From assembly GCA_001567355.1 (NCBI GenBank), contig JYNZ01000003.1, forward strand, positions 6,655 through 70,654: 64,000 bases of DNA, written 5' to 3'. This stretch comes from a candidate division WS6 bacterium OLB20 (GTDB lineage Bacteria; Patescibacteriota; Dojkabacteria; B142; OLB20). Each line of letters opens with the position of its first letter. Position 1 is the stretch's first letter. Positions 18,895-30,079 of this stretch are shown one piece after another. Both the position numbers and the translations under genes were made by a program. The notes beneath the pieces were generated by a model. It was not told where the DNA came from and did no database searches. It saw only the letters and a program-made list of their open reading frames with translations.

Positions 18895-19359
18895 ATGGCA
18901 CAACCTACAGAAATCCGAATAAACCAGACAGACGATCTCAGCCGTGCACTTGATCTGGCCGAAACTGTATTCACCCCCGGCGAAGAGGACCGTGAGCAGT
19001 ATCACAACCGTAAAGACTGGGAAGAACGGATCGCCAACGGGGGCCTGTTTCTTACCGCCTATTCAGAGGGGACATTTGCCGGGTTTGCTCTCTGCACCAG
19101 AAAGCCCGGGGACAGGTTTCATATCTGGATCACCTGTGTTGACGAGGAGTTCAGACGTAAAGGGATCTGGAGACGATTGTATGAAAACATCCTGGACTAC
19201 GCGCTCTTCTCGGGCTATAGAACGCTTACACTCAATACAAACGAGCAGCGTTTTCCCGAGATGTATGCATTCATGCGTGCTGAAGGATATGACATCACGG
19301 CGACAGAAGAACAAGCAGACGGCACGGTAAAAACGTTCTTCAGTAAAAAACTCAGGTAG
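18895..19359 (+). CDS. GNAT family N-acetyltransferase
   Basis: Acetyl-CoA binding motif region VDEEFRRKGIWRRL. Confidence 0.65.
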   Translation: MAQPTEIRINQTDDLSRALDLAETVFTPGEEDREQYHNRKDWEERIANGGLFLTAYSEGTFAGFALCTRKPGDRFHIWITCVDEEFRRKGIWRRLYENILDYALFSGYRTLTLNTNEQRFPEMYAFMRAEGYDITATEEQADGTVKTFFSKKLR

Positions 19360-19512
19360 ATTTCATTTTTCCCCGACCGGTCATATAATGTAATTATTTC
19401 AGGCTTTCTGTGATGGAACTGCGGAAAGACTTCGAAAGGAGGTGATCCATGATTAGCCTTAATCATGAGACCTCCGGATCAGGAACGTTCTAACCTGATT
19501 CGCTGAGGAATC

Positions 19513-19547
19513 AAAAAACCCTCCGCTTACATGGCGGAGGGTTTTTC
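19513..19547 (+). terminator. Rho-independent terminator
   Basis: Hairpin aaaccctccgc-ttacat-ggcggagggttttt. Confidence 0.7.
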
Positions 19548-19608
19548 TTTACTGATATTGCGCATCTGATATTCTTCTGGTATATACCTCGTATCTTAAT
19601 GCATTGTT

Positions 19609-20283
19609 ATGGAAGCAGGAGAACGACTTACGCTCTACAGGTCTGAACAGGCTACACTTGTAGACCGGAATGAAGCGCTATTTAATGTCGCATGGGATGC
19701 ATATACACACGATAAATCAGCCGGTCGTGAACATCCCGTCAACCGGCTCAGCTGGGGGAACGGTCTGCACACCTGGAATAAGCTACCCACCCGACTGGCC
19801 GGAGTTGAACACGGTGATAACCTCGAAGCAGTCAGATTGATTTACCATCCGAATGGCGATATGCCGATCCCGTATGTTGTCGGAGTGCGCTCAACAACGT
19901 ATGACGGTGTTGCCGGGTATATGGTACCAGTTGACGACAACCCGCATAAATTCCGGTTCGAAGAAGGGCCGGCACACGGATTTGTATGCCCGGAAACGCC
20001 GAATTCACAAGGTTTTACATATCTGACGGTGTACCGTTTTCAGGAGACAGCGTTGAGTCATGCAGATATGAGGGGAGCACCTGTTGAGACCATTGTCGTA
20101 CCCAGGCGCAGACCCCTGCCCCAAGGGTCCGGGTATCCGGAGTTTCTGTATGGTCATTATCTTGCGCAAGGTGCAGGACAGGCCGTGATTACTGATCTCA
20201 AACTCTATCAGGTGCTGGGTAATTTGCTTGGTGTCATGCACCCCAAATCAACGAGCAGAGGATACATAAAAATAAACCGCTAG
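19609..20283 (+). CDS. Hypothetical protein
   Basis: 224-aa ORF. Confidence 0.45.
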   Translation: MEAGERLTLYRSEQATLVDRNEALFNVAWDAYTHDKSAGREHPVNRLSWGNGLHTWNKLPTRLAGVEHGDNLEAVRLIYHPNGDMPIPYVVGVRSTTYDGVAGYMVPVDDNPHKFRFEEGPAHGFVCPETPNSQGFTYLTVYRFQETALSHADMRGAPVETIVVPRRRPLPQGSGYPEFLYGHYLAQGAGQAVITDLKLYQVLGNLLGVMHPKSTSRGYIKINR

Positions 20284-21011
20284 CTGCGGACAAATTCTGA
20301 AAGCGCCTGATAATCGATGGCCAGACTGCTGTCTCTGAATGAACAGCGTATCTCTGCCGCAGTATCATCCTGATACACAAGAATATCAATTCCTTCAGCA
20401 TACCCGACGCTCCCGCCGATGCGCTCGATATAATCTGCTGGTGCTTTTGCAAAGCCATTGAACAGATAGGCAATCAACGACATCAGGACCGGCTCGTGAG
20501 TCCCGTTGATGAAATTTGTCCGGTACCTGCTCTCGGTAAGCAGGGCAAAATCTATCTCTGTCAGGATCACACGTGCGGCACATTTTGCCATCCCGACAGG
20601 GGAGGGGAAAATATCCGGCTCGGGCGAGGTATCATGCAGATCAAGAAAATCCTGCATCCGCTGGTTACGATCTGCATCAGACATATCCGGCATATCCCAG
20701 GATGAGAAGAATGATCCTTTTGACTGAGGATCATAAAGATAATGCAGGTAACGGCTGACGTATTCCTGCAGCTGTGCCTCCTCTTCCAGGACCTCGCGTG
20801 GGTCATCGGCAGAAAGATGAAGATACCGCGCTGCTGCCGAAATGGAATCTTTAACTCGTCCGACACCGCTGTGCATGAGTATTACATCGCCTTTGAGGTG
20901 AGTAATTGCACGTCCGCGTTCCTGTGCCTGGTCTGCTCCTGTTTCTGTCAGGTCACCACCTGCATTTTTCTCACCGTGTCTGATAACCGAGATGACCGCT
21001 GTAAGTTCCAT
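20280..21011 (-). CDS. Histidine phosphatase (phosphoglycerate-mutase-like) family protein
   Basis: N-terminal IRHGE catalytic motif. Confidence 0.65.
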   Translation of the reverse strand: MELTAVISVIRHGEKNAGGDLTETGADQAQERGRAITHLKGDVILMHSGVGRVKDSISAAARYLHLSADDPREVLEEEAQLQEYVSRYLHYLYDPQSKGSFFSSWDMPDMSDADRNQRMQDFLDLHDTSPEPDIFPSPVGMAKCAARVILTEIDFALLTESRYRTNFINGTHEPVLMSLIAYLFNGFAKAPADYIERIGGSVGYAEGIDILVYQDDTAAEIRCSFRDSSLAIDYQALSEFVRS

Positions 21012-21423
21012 CAGTTGTGTTCTCCTTCATATGATTAAAAGAATCCTCGATCATTTTCCTCAGTACAGTAATATCAACATCAGTCAGTCGCCTGATATAC
21101 AGACACGATTTGCCTGTTTTGTATGTACCGAGTTTAGCCGCATGATCAGTAGTGTCGAACCCTGGCACCATGTACAGCACAAGCGCCTGTTTTCTCGGTG
21201 AAAAGCCAAGTACAGGCATATCTCCCTCGCGTCCGCTTTCGTATTTATAATGATAGCTGCCGAAACCGATAATACTTGGTCCCCACATTTTCGGCTCTTC
21301 TCCGGAAATCTCCCGCATAATGCGTATAAGCACCTGGCTGTCTTCACGTTTCTGTGCGTCGGGCACAGCTGCTAAAAAATCTGCGACACTGCTGTCTGTC
21401 TGTCTTGTTTTATTTTCTGCCAC
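20971..21423 (-). CDS. DUF1801 (YdhG) domain protein
   Basis: ADFLAAVPDAQKRED...WGPSIIGFGSYHYKYESGREGDMPVLGFSPRKQALVLY. Confidence 0.6.
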   Translation of the reverse strand: MAENKTRQTDSSVADFLAAVPDAQKREDSQVLIRIMREISGEEPKMWGPSIIGFGSYHYKYESGREGDMPVLGFSPRKQALVLYMVPGFDTTDHAAKLGTYKTGKSCLYIRRLTDVDITVLRKMIEDSFNHMKENTTDGTYSGHLGYQTR

Positions 21424-21522
21424 TGGGTACTGATAATTTCCCTTACTATAGCATGTGCGGCAGCTCTTGACCCGTTTGAGTAATCGCAGGTATAGTACCG
21501 GGGTACCATTATTCAGGAATCA

Positions 21523-22125
21523 ATGAAAAAACGACTTGCAGTATTCCTTGCCATATCTCTATTTGTTAGCGCATGCACCATGGCAGACACAACATCACAG
21601 ACCAAAGTTACAGAGGACAGATCAGATGTGCAGGGTGAGCAGGTAAACGATCAGGCACCTGCCGAAAACAGCATCGTAGTCCTCGAGACCTCAATGGGAT
21701 CGATTACGATCGAACTGTTTAATACAACAATGCCGGTCACTGCCGGTAACTTCCAGACTCTGGTAGAGAAGGGTTTTTATAATGGTGTGATATTTCACCG
21801 CGTGATCCCTGATTTTATGGCACAGGGTGGTGATCCAACAGGAACCGGCAGAGGTGGCCCTGGCTACACAATCCGTGACGAGTTCACTGAAAACAACAGC
21901 AATGACCGCGGGACACTAAGTATGGCTAATGCCGGTCCTAATACCGGCGGCAGCCAGTTCTTCATCAATGTCGCTGACAACAACTTTCTTGACAGCAAAC
22001 ATCCTGTATTCGGTAAAGTGATCGAGGGCATGGATGTGGTTGATGCAATGGTTTCAGTAGAGACCGACGCGATGGACAGACCTCTGAAAGAGATCGTCAT
22101 CAGCAAGGCTCGGGTACAGAAATAA
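21523..22125 (+). CDS. Cyclophilin-type peptidyl-prolyl cis-trans isomerase, lipoprotein
   Basis: Signal peptide plus lipobox (LFVSAC); [15 protein letters not shown]...[14 protein letters not shown]. Confidence 0.85.
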   Translation: MKKRLAVFLAISLFVSACTMADTTSQTKVTEDRSDVQGEQVNDQAPAENSIVVLETSMGSITIELFNTTMPVTAGNFQTLVEKGFYNGVIFHRVIPDFMAQGGDPTGTGRGGPGYTIRDEFTENNSNDRGTLSMANAGPNTGGSQFFINVADNNFLDSKHPVFGKVIEGMDVVDAMVSVETDAMDRPLKEIVISKARVQK

Positions 22126-22126
22126 G

Positions 22127-22549
22127 TCAGACGGGAACATTAGACGATTTGAACGAGTGCCTGGTCAGGCGTGCAAGCACGTCGATCACCGTCTTTTCGG
22201 GGTTTCTGTTTGATTTGACTGCAAGTTCATCGTACCAGTCTTCATCTTCAATGACGGTATAACCGATAATTTTGATATCAGGTGCAATCTCGCGCAGTTT
22301 TTTAGCGACAATACTGCCGTCACGGTGATCGCGCTCCAGAAAACTGGCCACGATTGCAATTGTGGGCTTCAGCTTACCGTCTTCAATATCAGCAAATATT
22401 CTGCGGGCGGATTTGATGGAGTTGGCATGTCGTGATACCTCAAGATCCATGTTAAAACAGATCAGGTCTACCACTGTATGGTAGTTTTCGTCCCCGTCAA
22501 ACTGTATGATTACTGGTTTGTCCATGAATAAGGCCAAGAAATAAGACAA
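22127..22549 (-). CDS. Hypothetical protein (receiver-like)
   Basis: 140-aa ORF. Confidence 0.35.
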   Translation of the reverse strand: MSYFLALFMDKPVIIQFDGDENYHTVVDLICFNMDLEVSRHANSIKSARRIFADIEDGKLKPTIAIVASFLERDHRDGSIVAKKLREIAPDIKIIGYTVIEDEDWYDELAVKSNRNPEKTVIDVLARLTRHSFKSSNVPV

Positions 22550-22558
22550 GGTATTGTA

Positions 22559-25500
22559 CTATATCGGTACAGGAAAATCCGAGTACCATGCGTCTTTCAT
22601 ATTACCCGGGTCGTCAAATTCCAGTCTCAGTATCCTCTGATAGACATCCTGCACCTCCTGGGCAAACGCTTCAATCTCGTCAGCACTGAAACTGAAGCGG
22701 AAGCTGACAAACCTGCCGTCACTGCCCGGGTCCACATACTTGATTACAGCCTCGTTAACCTTAAGTTTCAAAGGACTGTTTTCAAGGAGCAGCTGATAAA
22801 ACTTAAGCTGGTCGACATAGTCACCGCTGCGCTTCCTGATACTGATTTTGCCGGTAAGACTGGTAGGATTGCCTGTCTTGTAGTCTATTACTGTGCCCGA
22901 GGTCTTTGACTGATCAGCATAATCAAATCTGTCTATCTTGCCTGTAAGCGGAACATCATTGACCTTCAGTTTGTGCTCTCTGAAGCTGTATTCAACCATA
23001 GAAGATCCTGTGATACCGGATACCTCGGACTCAAAAAAGGGTCGCAGACGCTTTTCACCTGTCGAAAGCAGATACCCGGTCTCATGCTCGTCAAGCCTGC
23101 CGTTTCTGATGACATCTGTAAATATATCCACAACATCCTGCCAGGTTGGCACTTCACCTGAACGTGCCGTCAGAACCGCCTGCTTCATCGCGGCGTGGAC
23201 TGCATTCCCAAACACAAGGTAAGGACTGGGTTCTGACGGAAGATTGAGGATACGTTCAAAAAAGAATTTACGCGGCGAGTTTTTGTAGGCACTGAAATCA
23301 GTCGGGCTGAGACGGTATCCGGCCAGGAATTCCCTTATCAGTTCACGGTTGCTGTCAGTAATTAAAGCCGGTGCCGGACCAAGCGTTTCTGCCAGAATCT
23401 CTGTAACAGCCTGCTCTGTATTGCTGACTGTGACTTCTGCAGTTGTTTCATCGGGGAGCTCTTCGACAAACACTGATCTCGACTGGCTTTTTCCATTACC
23501 GTCCTGCTCATAGCGACTGATCGTAATCGAATGCCGGGCTCGCGTAAGAGCGACAAAAAAGAGACGGCGTTCCTCTTCGAGTGTATCCAGGAGTTCCTGC
23601 GTTTGTACAACACCAAGCGGAATGTTCATGCGGTTGGAACCGATCTCTTTGTCCCAGACGTTTTTTAACTGCTTTGATGATGAATACATGGTCATACTGA
23701 TGTCCCTTGGAACTGTGTGCGGTCGTAATTTCGACAGCATCATCGCTTGCGCGGATTGTCTTTTCGGACAGTTCAATGTTGTATTCATCATACAGCTGCA
23801 GATCACGGATAAAGTCTTCCAGCATGTACGTGCTGTCGGATTTTTCTGACAGTGTTACAAGTTCGCTGCGCAGCCGGTAGATACGCAGCATCGTGTGAAG
23901 CGAATTATCTTTACCCAGCAGGGTCGTGATGATACCGCCCGAATCCTGCAGGATTGTGTCCATTGCCTCGAGTGCCGGCATTTCCAGACTGATTCTGCTC
24001 CAGTTGTTGATGCGTTCGGTGACAGTTCGGATCCCGTCAGGATCTGCAAGCTGCACCTCAGAAAGCTGATCACTGCTGATAACATCCCAGAGTCCGGTGC
24101 GATTGTGTCTGCAATAGCGCTGCAGCGCGACCAGATCGCGTGCGCCTGCAGCAAACGGTTCCCAGGCAAGCGTCTGAAACAGCAGCTCATCACGGGAAGG
24201 ATCGGCAAGCAGGGTAAGAAGGCCGATGAATCGCTGTATAAACGGGTTGTTCAGAACGCTTTCTCCCTTATCAAGCCGGTAGGGGATACCACGCTGCGCA
24301 AGGACCGAAGCAATCTCATCAGCATGCCTGTTTTTGCGGACTATGACAGCTATGTCTTCCGCCTGTGCACCACCTGCGATACGCTTCTCAATTGCGTCTG
24401 CCACACCATGCAGTTCTTCAAGTTCACTGGCATATGTCTGCAGCAGGAGCGGTGCAGGTGTCCTGTCAGCATTTGCTGCTATCAGCGTCTTCTCGATCGA
24501 TCCGCCGAAGTAATTGACGGCACGGTTGCTGTTTCTTGCGATCAGAGCGTGAGCAGCATCAAGTATCGTCTGCTGGCTGCGGTAGTTGCGGATAAGAGGA
24601 ATCACTTCAGCACCCGGGAACTGACGGTCAAAATAAATGACATTTTCCAGCGATGCTCCCTGAAACCTGAAAACCGACTGGTCATCGTCTCCGACAGCAA
24701 ACACATTCGGGCGTTCAAAAAACGATGCCAGCAGGGCTACAGTTTCGTTCTGTGCGGTATTTGTATCCTGGTACTCATCAACAAGTATGTACTGATATCG
24801 TTCCTGATAGATCATCAGCAGTTCGCTGTCAGAACGGAAGCGCTCGATGACAAAATTGATCATGTCGTTGTAATCGTAGCGGTTGCTCTGCCGCAGCCCT
24901 GATTCGTAACCGTTATAGACCTGCAGCAGCGATCGCTGTTTGGCTAATGCCGTCGGGGACACATGTTTTTCGTAGAGTTTACGGATGGTTGCCTTAGCAG
25001 GAGCGCGGTGTTTCTTCCAGATCTTCTCTTCGACATCGAGCTCAAGCAGCTGTGTCAGAATCTTTACAATCTCTACAGAGATCGGGTACTCGGCAAAGTC
25101 GCTGCCCGACAGTTCTGAGCGCAGATCTTCAAAGTGCTGACGTTTGAGCGAACTCGCATGAGTACCGATAAATGTCTGCAGTGACTCTCCATGCAGTGCC
25201 GAAAACTTTGATTCCATTTCAATGCCTGCCACAAGCACGTCTGGTGTTATCTGCTCTCGTTTGAGATCAGAAACAGTGCTGAGAAAGTTTTTAACGTGCA
25301 GATACGGATTACTGACGGGTTTGTATGGATCCCCGTGGGGTAGTGTATCGATAATACCGCGCAGCATGCTTACCTGCTCAAGCTCACTGATAAGTTCGGC
25401 GTCACTGCCCAGTTGAGCAAACCGCTCGGAGTGTTCAGAAATAACGTTCTGACAGAATGCATGAAAGGTAAATACAGCAACACGGTTGGCATCGGGACCG

Positions 25501-25772
25501 ATTATCTCCGACAGACGGCTGCGCATTTCGGTAACAGCTGCTTCAGTAAATGTGAGACAGAGAATATTACTGGCTGAGAGTTGTGTCTGTCTGAGGATAT
25601 TAGCAATACGCATCGCCAGAAGTTCGGTCTTACCGGTACCGGGACCTGCCAGCACAAGCACAGGCCCTTCGATCAGGTCGACAGCTTTTTTCTGTTCGGG
25701 GTTAAGCTCCTCATAGCGGGAGCTGTAGCGTTCCTCAAACGCGTTTGACATCAGCGTGAGCTGTTCAGGCAC
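22559..25772 (-). CDS. UvrD/PcrA-type helicase fused to a C-terminal RecB-family PD-(D/E)xK nuclease (AddA-like), split by a frameshift near 23651-23656
   Basis: Helicase motifs (GPGTGKTELLAM...VALTRAR) then a nuclease motif (GKIDRFDY...VIDYKTG). The two ORFs overlap at 23508-23806 and rejoin across a T6/A6 run. Confidence 0.75.
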
Positions 25773-25793
25773 AGTCAGAAGTTTACAGAACTA

Positions 25794-26345
25794 TTATTGT
25801 GTAACGGCAAACCCTACCGGGATTTCAACCACATGCAGCTTTCTGCCTTCCTGGTTTTCTGTATAGATCCGGAGTGTACCGTCAGTTGACTCCACCGCAG
25901 GGAGCAGAACCTCTTTTGTCAGTGACACGTATGATCCTGCAACCGGTTTGACAGGCAGCGGCTGTTTGATAACTGTGACGTCCTCCGAATCAAGGACCTC
26001 GACAACTACAGCAGTTTGCGCTGCCCTGGTCAGGATAGAGAGTTTGAAGTTGGGACCGATAGTATCATCGCGGCATGGTTCCACCAGTATCAGCGCGCCA
26101 TCCTCGGATCTGTTGACGCAGTCGTCAGCTTCGTCAGGTGCTTCAGTTGGTGTCGCTGTCGGGATAACAGTCGGCAGGACAGCATCCTCAAGTTCGGATC
26201 GCAACTCCTGTACCTCCGCCTCGAGATCACGGATTCTTGTCTCGCGCGAATCAAGCTGCAGAGCAAGGACAACGGCCAGGGTAGTCGTCACGGTCAGGCC
26301 AAGGATAAGAATGACGATCAGAGCAACAGTAAAGAATTTTCTCAT
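25794..26345 (-). CDS. Secreted or TM-anchored hypothetical protein with a coiled coil
   Basis: Start trimmed to the internal Met (MRKFFTVALIVILIL) to avoid overlap with xseA. Confidence 0.4.
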   Translation of the reverse strand: MRKFFTVALIVILILGLTVTTTLAVVLALQLDSRETRIRDLEAEVQELRSELEDAVLPTVIPTATPTEAPDEADDCVNRSEDGALILVEPCRDDTIGPNFKLSILTRAAQTAVVVEVLDSEDVTVIKQPLPVKPVAGSYVSLTKEVLLPAVESTDGTLRIYTENQEGRKLHVVEIPVGFAVTQ

Positions 26346-26399
26346 GGCAGTATGGTATTGTAATGGTGTTATTATACCGTACTGAACCGCCGTTGAGTA

Positions 26400-27759
26400 A
26401 TGCAGACTGACGCTATTACTGTTGCACAGTTCAATTCCCTTATCAGGTCGCAGCTTGAGACCATCGGACCTATGATCGTCGAGGGCGAAATAGTTCAGAT
26501 GAACGTGACAGCCCGCGGAGGGGTAAACATCGACCTTAAGGATCCCAAAGGGTCTGCACTCGTAAGAGTAAGCGGTTATGCCCCAACGATCCAGGGCATT
26601 CATACTGTCAAAGAGGGTGACAGCGTTGCTGTCTGGGGAACCCCGACACTGTGGGAGGAAAAAGGTCTGTTCAGTATCAAAGCGTTTAAACTGATGCCGC
26701 TTGGTGAAGGTGCTCTCCGCGAAGCATACGAAATGCTGAAGACCAAGCTTGCTGCAGAAGGTCTGTTTGATGAGGACAGAAAGAGACCGTTGCCGGAGTA
26801 TGTGACTCGTATCGCACTGATCACAGCCAAAGGATCAGCAGCAGAAAGCGACTTCCTCAAGATTCTGCGCGAAAACGAGGCAGGACTTGAGATTGATTTC
26901 TACCCCGTGCACGTCCAGGCAGGTACGCCGAACAGGAGATCATTGCAGCACTTAAAACAGCAGATACCGGGGGTTATGACTGTATTGTACTCACGCGCGG
27001 AGGAGGCAGCCTCGAGGACCTGCTTGCATTTAATGACGAGGTGCTGGCACGGACCATCTTTGCCGCAAAAACACCGGTGATAGTCGGTGTCGGCCATGAA
27101 CGTGATGAAAGTATTGCTGATTTTGTCGCCGACTCGCGCGTTCGACACCGTCTCAGGCGGCATACTATCTCGCAAGTCTCAACCATACATTCATCAGAAA
27201 ACTTGATCAGCAGACAGCTGCGATAAAAAACAGCCTTGAGCAGACACTTTCTGTCTACCAGCGCAATCTGCGTGACGGATCCTATGTTGCCACGCATACC
27301 ATCCGAGAGCTGCTGCACCGGCACTCGGCACGACTCGACCGCTCAGAACTGCTGATGCAGAGAACGGCTGCTGCAATCTCAAAAGGACTGCGCGAACGGA
27401 CCTGGCATGCAGTCAGATCAGTTGAGTCAGCCCTGCAGAGACAGCTTCATATCCTAAATACTCAGCTTGAAGGAGCGAAGACCAGCCTGCAGCAGTTTCC
27501 TGAGTTTGTTGGTACTATCCAAAACAGGCTATCGGCCAGTGAACGTCTTATGCAGTCATACAATCCTTCTGCAGTGCTGAAAAGGGGATACGCCCTGGTT
27601 GCTTCAGGCGGCAGACACCTTTCCGGCAGTAGCGGACTGACGGCTGGTGACCATCTTGAGATCACCATGCACGACGGCATTATCAACAGTATTATTTCTG
27701 ACATCAGTAACGATGGCACAACAAAAACAGACCCTGCAGGGCAAGCTCGATTCGCTTGA
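26400..27759 (+). CDS. xseA: Exodeoxyribonuclease VII large subunit, interrupted by two single-base frameshifts (about 26925-26935 and about 27150-27160)
   Basis: OB-fold N-terminus, [22 protein letters not shown], then [15 protein letters not shown]...[18 protein letters not shown]...[10 protein letters not shown] read in three successive frames. Confidence 0.8.
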
Positions 27760-27928
27760 CAGAATTGTTAAGAGTTTTGAATCATCAGGAGAACAGACTG
27801 ATATAGACAGAGCACTCAAAGACTATGAGGAAGCTATGAAACTCGTATCCGAAATCCGCACGCAACTGAGCGGTGTCGAACTGAAGATCAAGGAGATACA
27901 GGACAAGTACAGCGAGGATCAGGACTGA
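27713..27928 (+). CDS. xseB: Exodeoxyribonuclease VII small subunit
   Basis: [44 protein letters not shown]; overlaps the xseA stop. Confidence 0.75.
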   Translation: MAQQKQTLQGKLDSLDRIVKSFESSGEQTDIDRALKDYEEAMKLVSEIRTQLSGVELKIKEIQDKYSEDQD

Positions 27929-28197
27929 GTGGTCTGCGCAAGCTCATTGGCTTTGACAAGCATCTCGTTGAAGTCGTCTCCGACAATGCCATGAACAAAG
28001 GCACCCTGCTCGAATGTCTCGAAGTGGGATGCAAAACAACCGATGCAGTGAAAGCCGTACTCATGTACAAGATAGTCAACGACCTCAGGATAGAGTTCGG
28101 CGATTTCGGAAATCAGAGTTTCGGGTTCGATCAGCAGCTGTTTATTGTCCATGTGACATTGTACACCAGCACAGGAGCCAGCCGGAAATGATTGCAT
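27919..28197 (-). CDS. DUF1858 domain protein
   Basis: LLIEPETLISEIAELYPEVVDYLVHEYGFHCIGC. Confidence 0.6.
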   Translation of the reverse strand: MQSFPAGSCAGVQCHMDNKQLLIEPETLISEIAELYPEVVDYLVHEYGFHCIGCFASHFETFEQGAFVHGIVGDDFNEMLVKANELAQTTQS

Positions 28198-29448
28198 TTT
28201 ATTGCACCGGAAGTCTACAATGCTCTCAGCACTAAACCTATGAAACGCCGTACTGCCACTGCAAAAAAAAGATTGCGTCTGCCTTCGTTCAGCGCAGGGG
28301 ACTTTGATACCTCGCTGCTGACGGTAGTTGGTATCCTGTCACTGTTTGGCACCATCATGGTATACAGCGGAAGTGTACTGGTTGCTGTTCGACAGGGTAA
28401 TGATCCCTCGTTTTATTTTGTCCGGCAGTGTATCTGGGTGGCAGCAGGATTTGTTGCCCTGTTTGTGCTGATGCGGATTGATTACCATCTGCTCAAAGTT
28501 GCTATCCTGCCGCTGCTGCTGATTACAGTTGCACTGCTGCTGCTTGTGCTGTTTGTTAATGCAGACCAGGAGATCAAGCGCTGGATCGACCTTGGGGCAT
28601 TTGATCTTCAGCCTTCTGAGCTTGCCAAGCCGGCCCTGCTGATTTACCTGTCGATTCTGTTTTCAAAAGCTCATAAACGCGTAGGCAAGGGTGTCGATGC
28701 CTTTAAGGACCATTTTATGTCCGAGTTGCTGCCGTTTCTGCTCCTGCTTGGCGTTGTCGGATTTCTCATCTTTATTCAGCCCGACCTTGATACGACTATT
28801 ATTCTCGCGGTCACATCATTTATCGTCTACTTTATTGCCGGTAACGACCATATTCACTTCATCGGTTCTATTTTTACTGCAGGTGTACTTGGTATTGCCG
28901 GTCTGATTGGCGCAAGCCTTGCCCAGTATCGGATCGAACGGCTCGGCACCTATTTTGATTTCTGGCGCACCGGCACTGTGGTCGACCCGTTTCATACCGG
29001 ATATCAGTTACGTCAGCTGCTTGTCGCAGTAGCTTCCGGCGGTCTGTTTGGAGTCGGATTTGGTGAGTCACGTCAGAAGTTCCACTACCTCGGAGACACA
29101 GCCTTCAGCGATACGATTTTTGCTATTTTTGCAGAGGAATTCGGATTTTTCGGCGTTCTTGTACTGACGGGCGTGTTTGTTTACATCATGCTGAAGGGAT
29201 ACAAAATCGCACGCAATGCGCCGGACAAACTAGGTTTTCTGCTGGCTGTATCCATCACCACCTGGCTGATGCTGCAGGCTATGCTGCATATCGCAGCCAA
29301 CGTGGCTCTGCTGCCGATTAACGGAAACACCCTGCCGTTTATCAGTTATGGCGGAAGCTCCACAATCGTCAACCTTGCAGCAATCGGTATCCTTCTAAAT
29401 ATCAGTTCACAGTCAGGTGCAAAAAAACGTTCTTCCAGGCGCCGTTGA
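28192..29448 (+). CDS. SEDS family FtsW/RodA/SpoVE peptidoglycan glycosyltransferase
   Basis: Ten-TM protein with the conserved C-terminal PFISYGGSS motif. Confidence 0.85.
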   Translation: MHFIAPEVYNALSTKPMKRRTATAKKRLRLPSFSAGDFDTSLLTVVGILSLFGTIMVYSGSVLVAVRQGNDPSFYFVRQCIWVAAGFVALFVLMRIDYHLLKVAILPLLLITVALLLLVLFVNADQEIKRWIDLGAFDLQPSELAKPALLIYLSILFSKAHKRVGKGVDAFKDHFMSELLPFLLLLGVVGFLIFIQPDLDTTIILAVTSFIVYFIAGNDHIHFIGSIFTAGVLGIAGLIGASLAQYRIERLGTYFDFWRTGTVVDPFHTGYQLRQLLVAVASGGLFGVGFGESRQKFHYLGDTAFSDTIFAIFAEEFGFFGVLVLTGVFVYIMLKGYKIARNAPDKLGFLLAVSITTWLMLQAMLHIAANVALLPINGNTLPFISYGGSSTIVNLAAIGILLNISSQSGAKKRSSRRR

Positions 29449-30079
29449 GAAAGTATTTACCTGTGCAGCGGTTGCAGCATTGCTGCTTTCTGTTTTACTC
29501 CTGCCAGTCCTAATCATATCAGGCCGGTCTGCTTATTTTGCAGGAGCGTTTAGCAGACACAGTCAGGCCATAACAGCTATGGGGACTGATCCTGAGCGCG
29601 ATTTCGCATACTTTGAGCAGGTTCTGGCGGTCATGCACGGATACGGGAGCGATCTTGATCCCGCATACTATTCGGTAGAGGATCAGCTGCATATGCGCGA
29701 TGTAGCCGAACTAACCGCATCAGCAAAACTTGTAACGGCAACCTCCGTGCTGCTGATCTGTATCTATTTTGTGCGTCTGCCGTCAGGAAAAAGACTGCAG
29801 CAACTCAGGCGTATATCCTCTGTTGCACTTGGTATTACAATTGCATCCGCAGCGGCGGTCGTTCTGCTGTTCGAACCGCTGTTTATTATGTTCCATAAGG
29901 TGTTTTTCAGCACAAATACCTTCTGGCAGCTTGATCCCGCCACATCCAGACTGATCAGGTTTTTGCCTCAGGATCTGTTTGCCGAACTTGTACTCATCTC
30001 TGTAACGCTTTCTGCACTAATACTATGCGCGATGTTTGTCTTTGCTATAATCTTGGAACGATGGCAGAAAAAACAGTAG
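29417..30079 (+). CDS. Integral membrane protein
   Basis: 220-aa ORF with four or five predicted TM helices. Confidence 0.4.
   Translation: MQKNVLPGAVEKVFTCAAVAALLLSVLLLPVLIISGRSAYFAGAFSRHSQAITAMGTDPERDFAYFEQVLAVMHGYGSDLDPAYYSVEDQLHMRDVAELTASAKLVTATSVLLICIYFVRLPSGKRLQQLRRISSVALGITIASAAAVVLLFEPLFIMFHKVFFSTNTFWQLDPATSRLIRFLPQDLFAELVLISVTLSALILCAMFVFAIILERWQKKQ

Noticed and set aside
19437-19449. The 3' end of a 16S rRNA gene on the minus strand
   Set aside because: GGATCACCTCCTT is present, but the preceding minus-strand sequence (…GGCTAATCAT) does not match the conserved 16S terminus (…CCTGCGGCTGGATCACCTCCTT), and coding genes lie on both sides.
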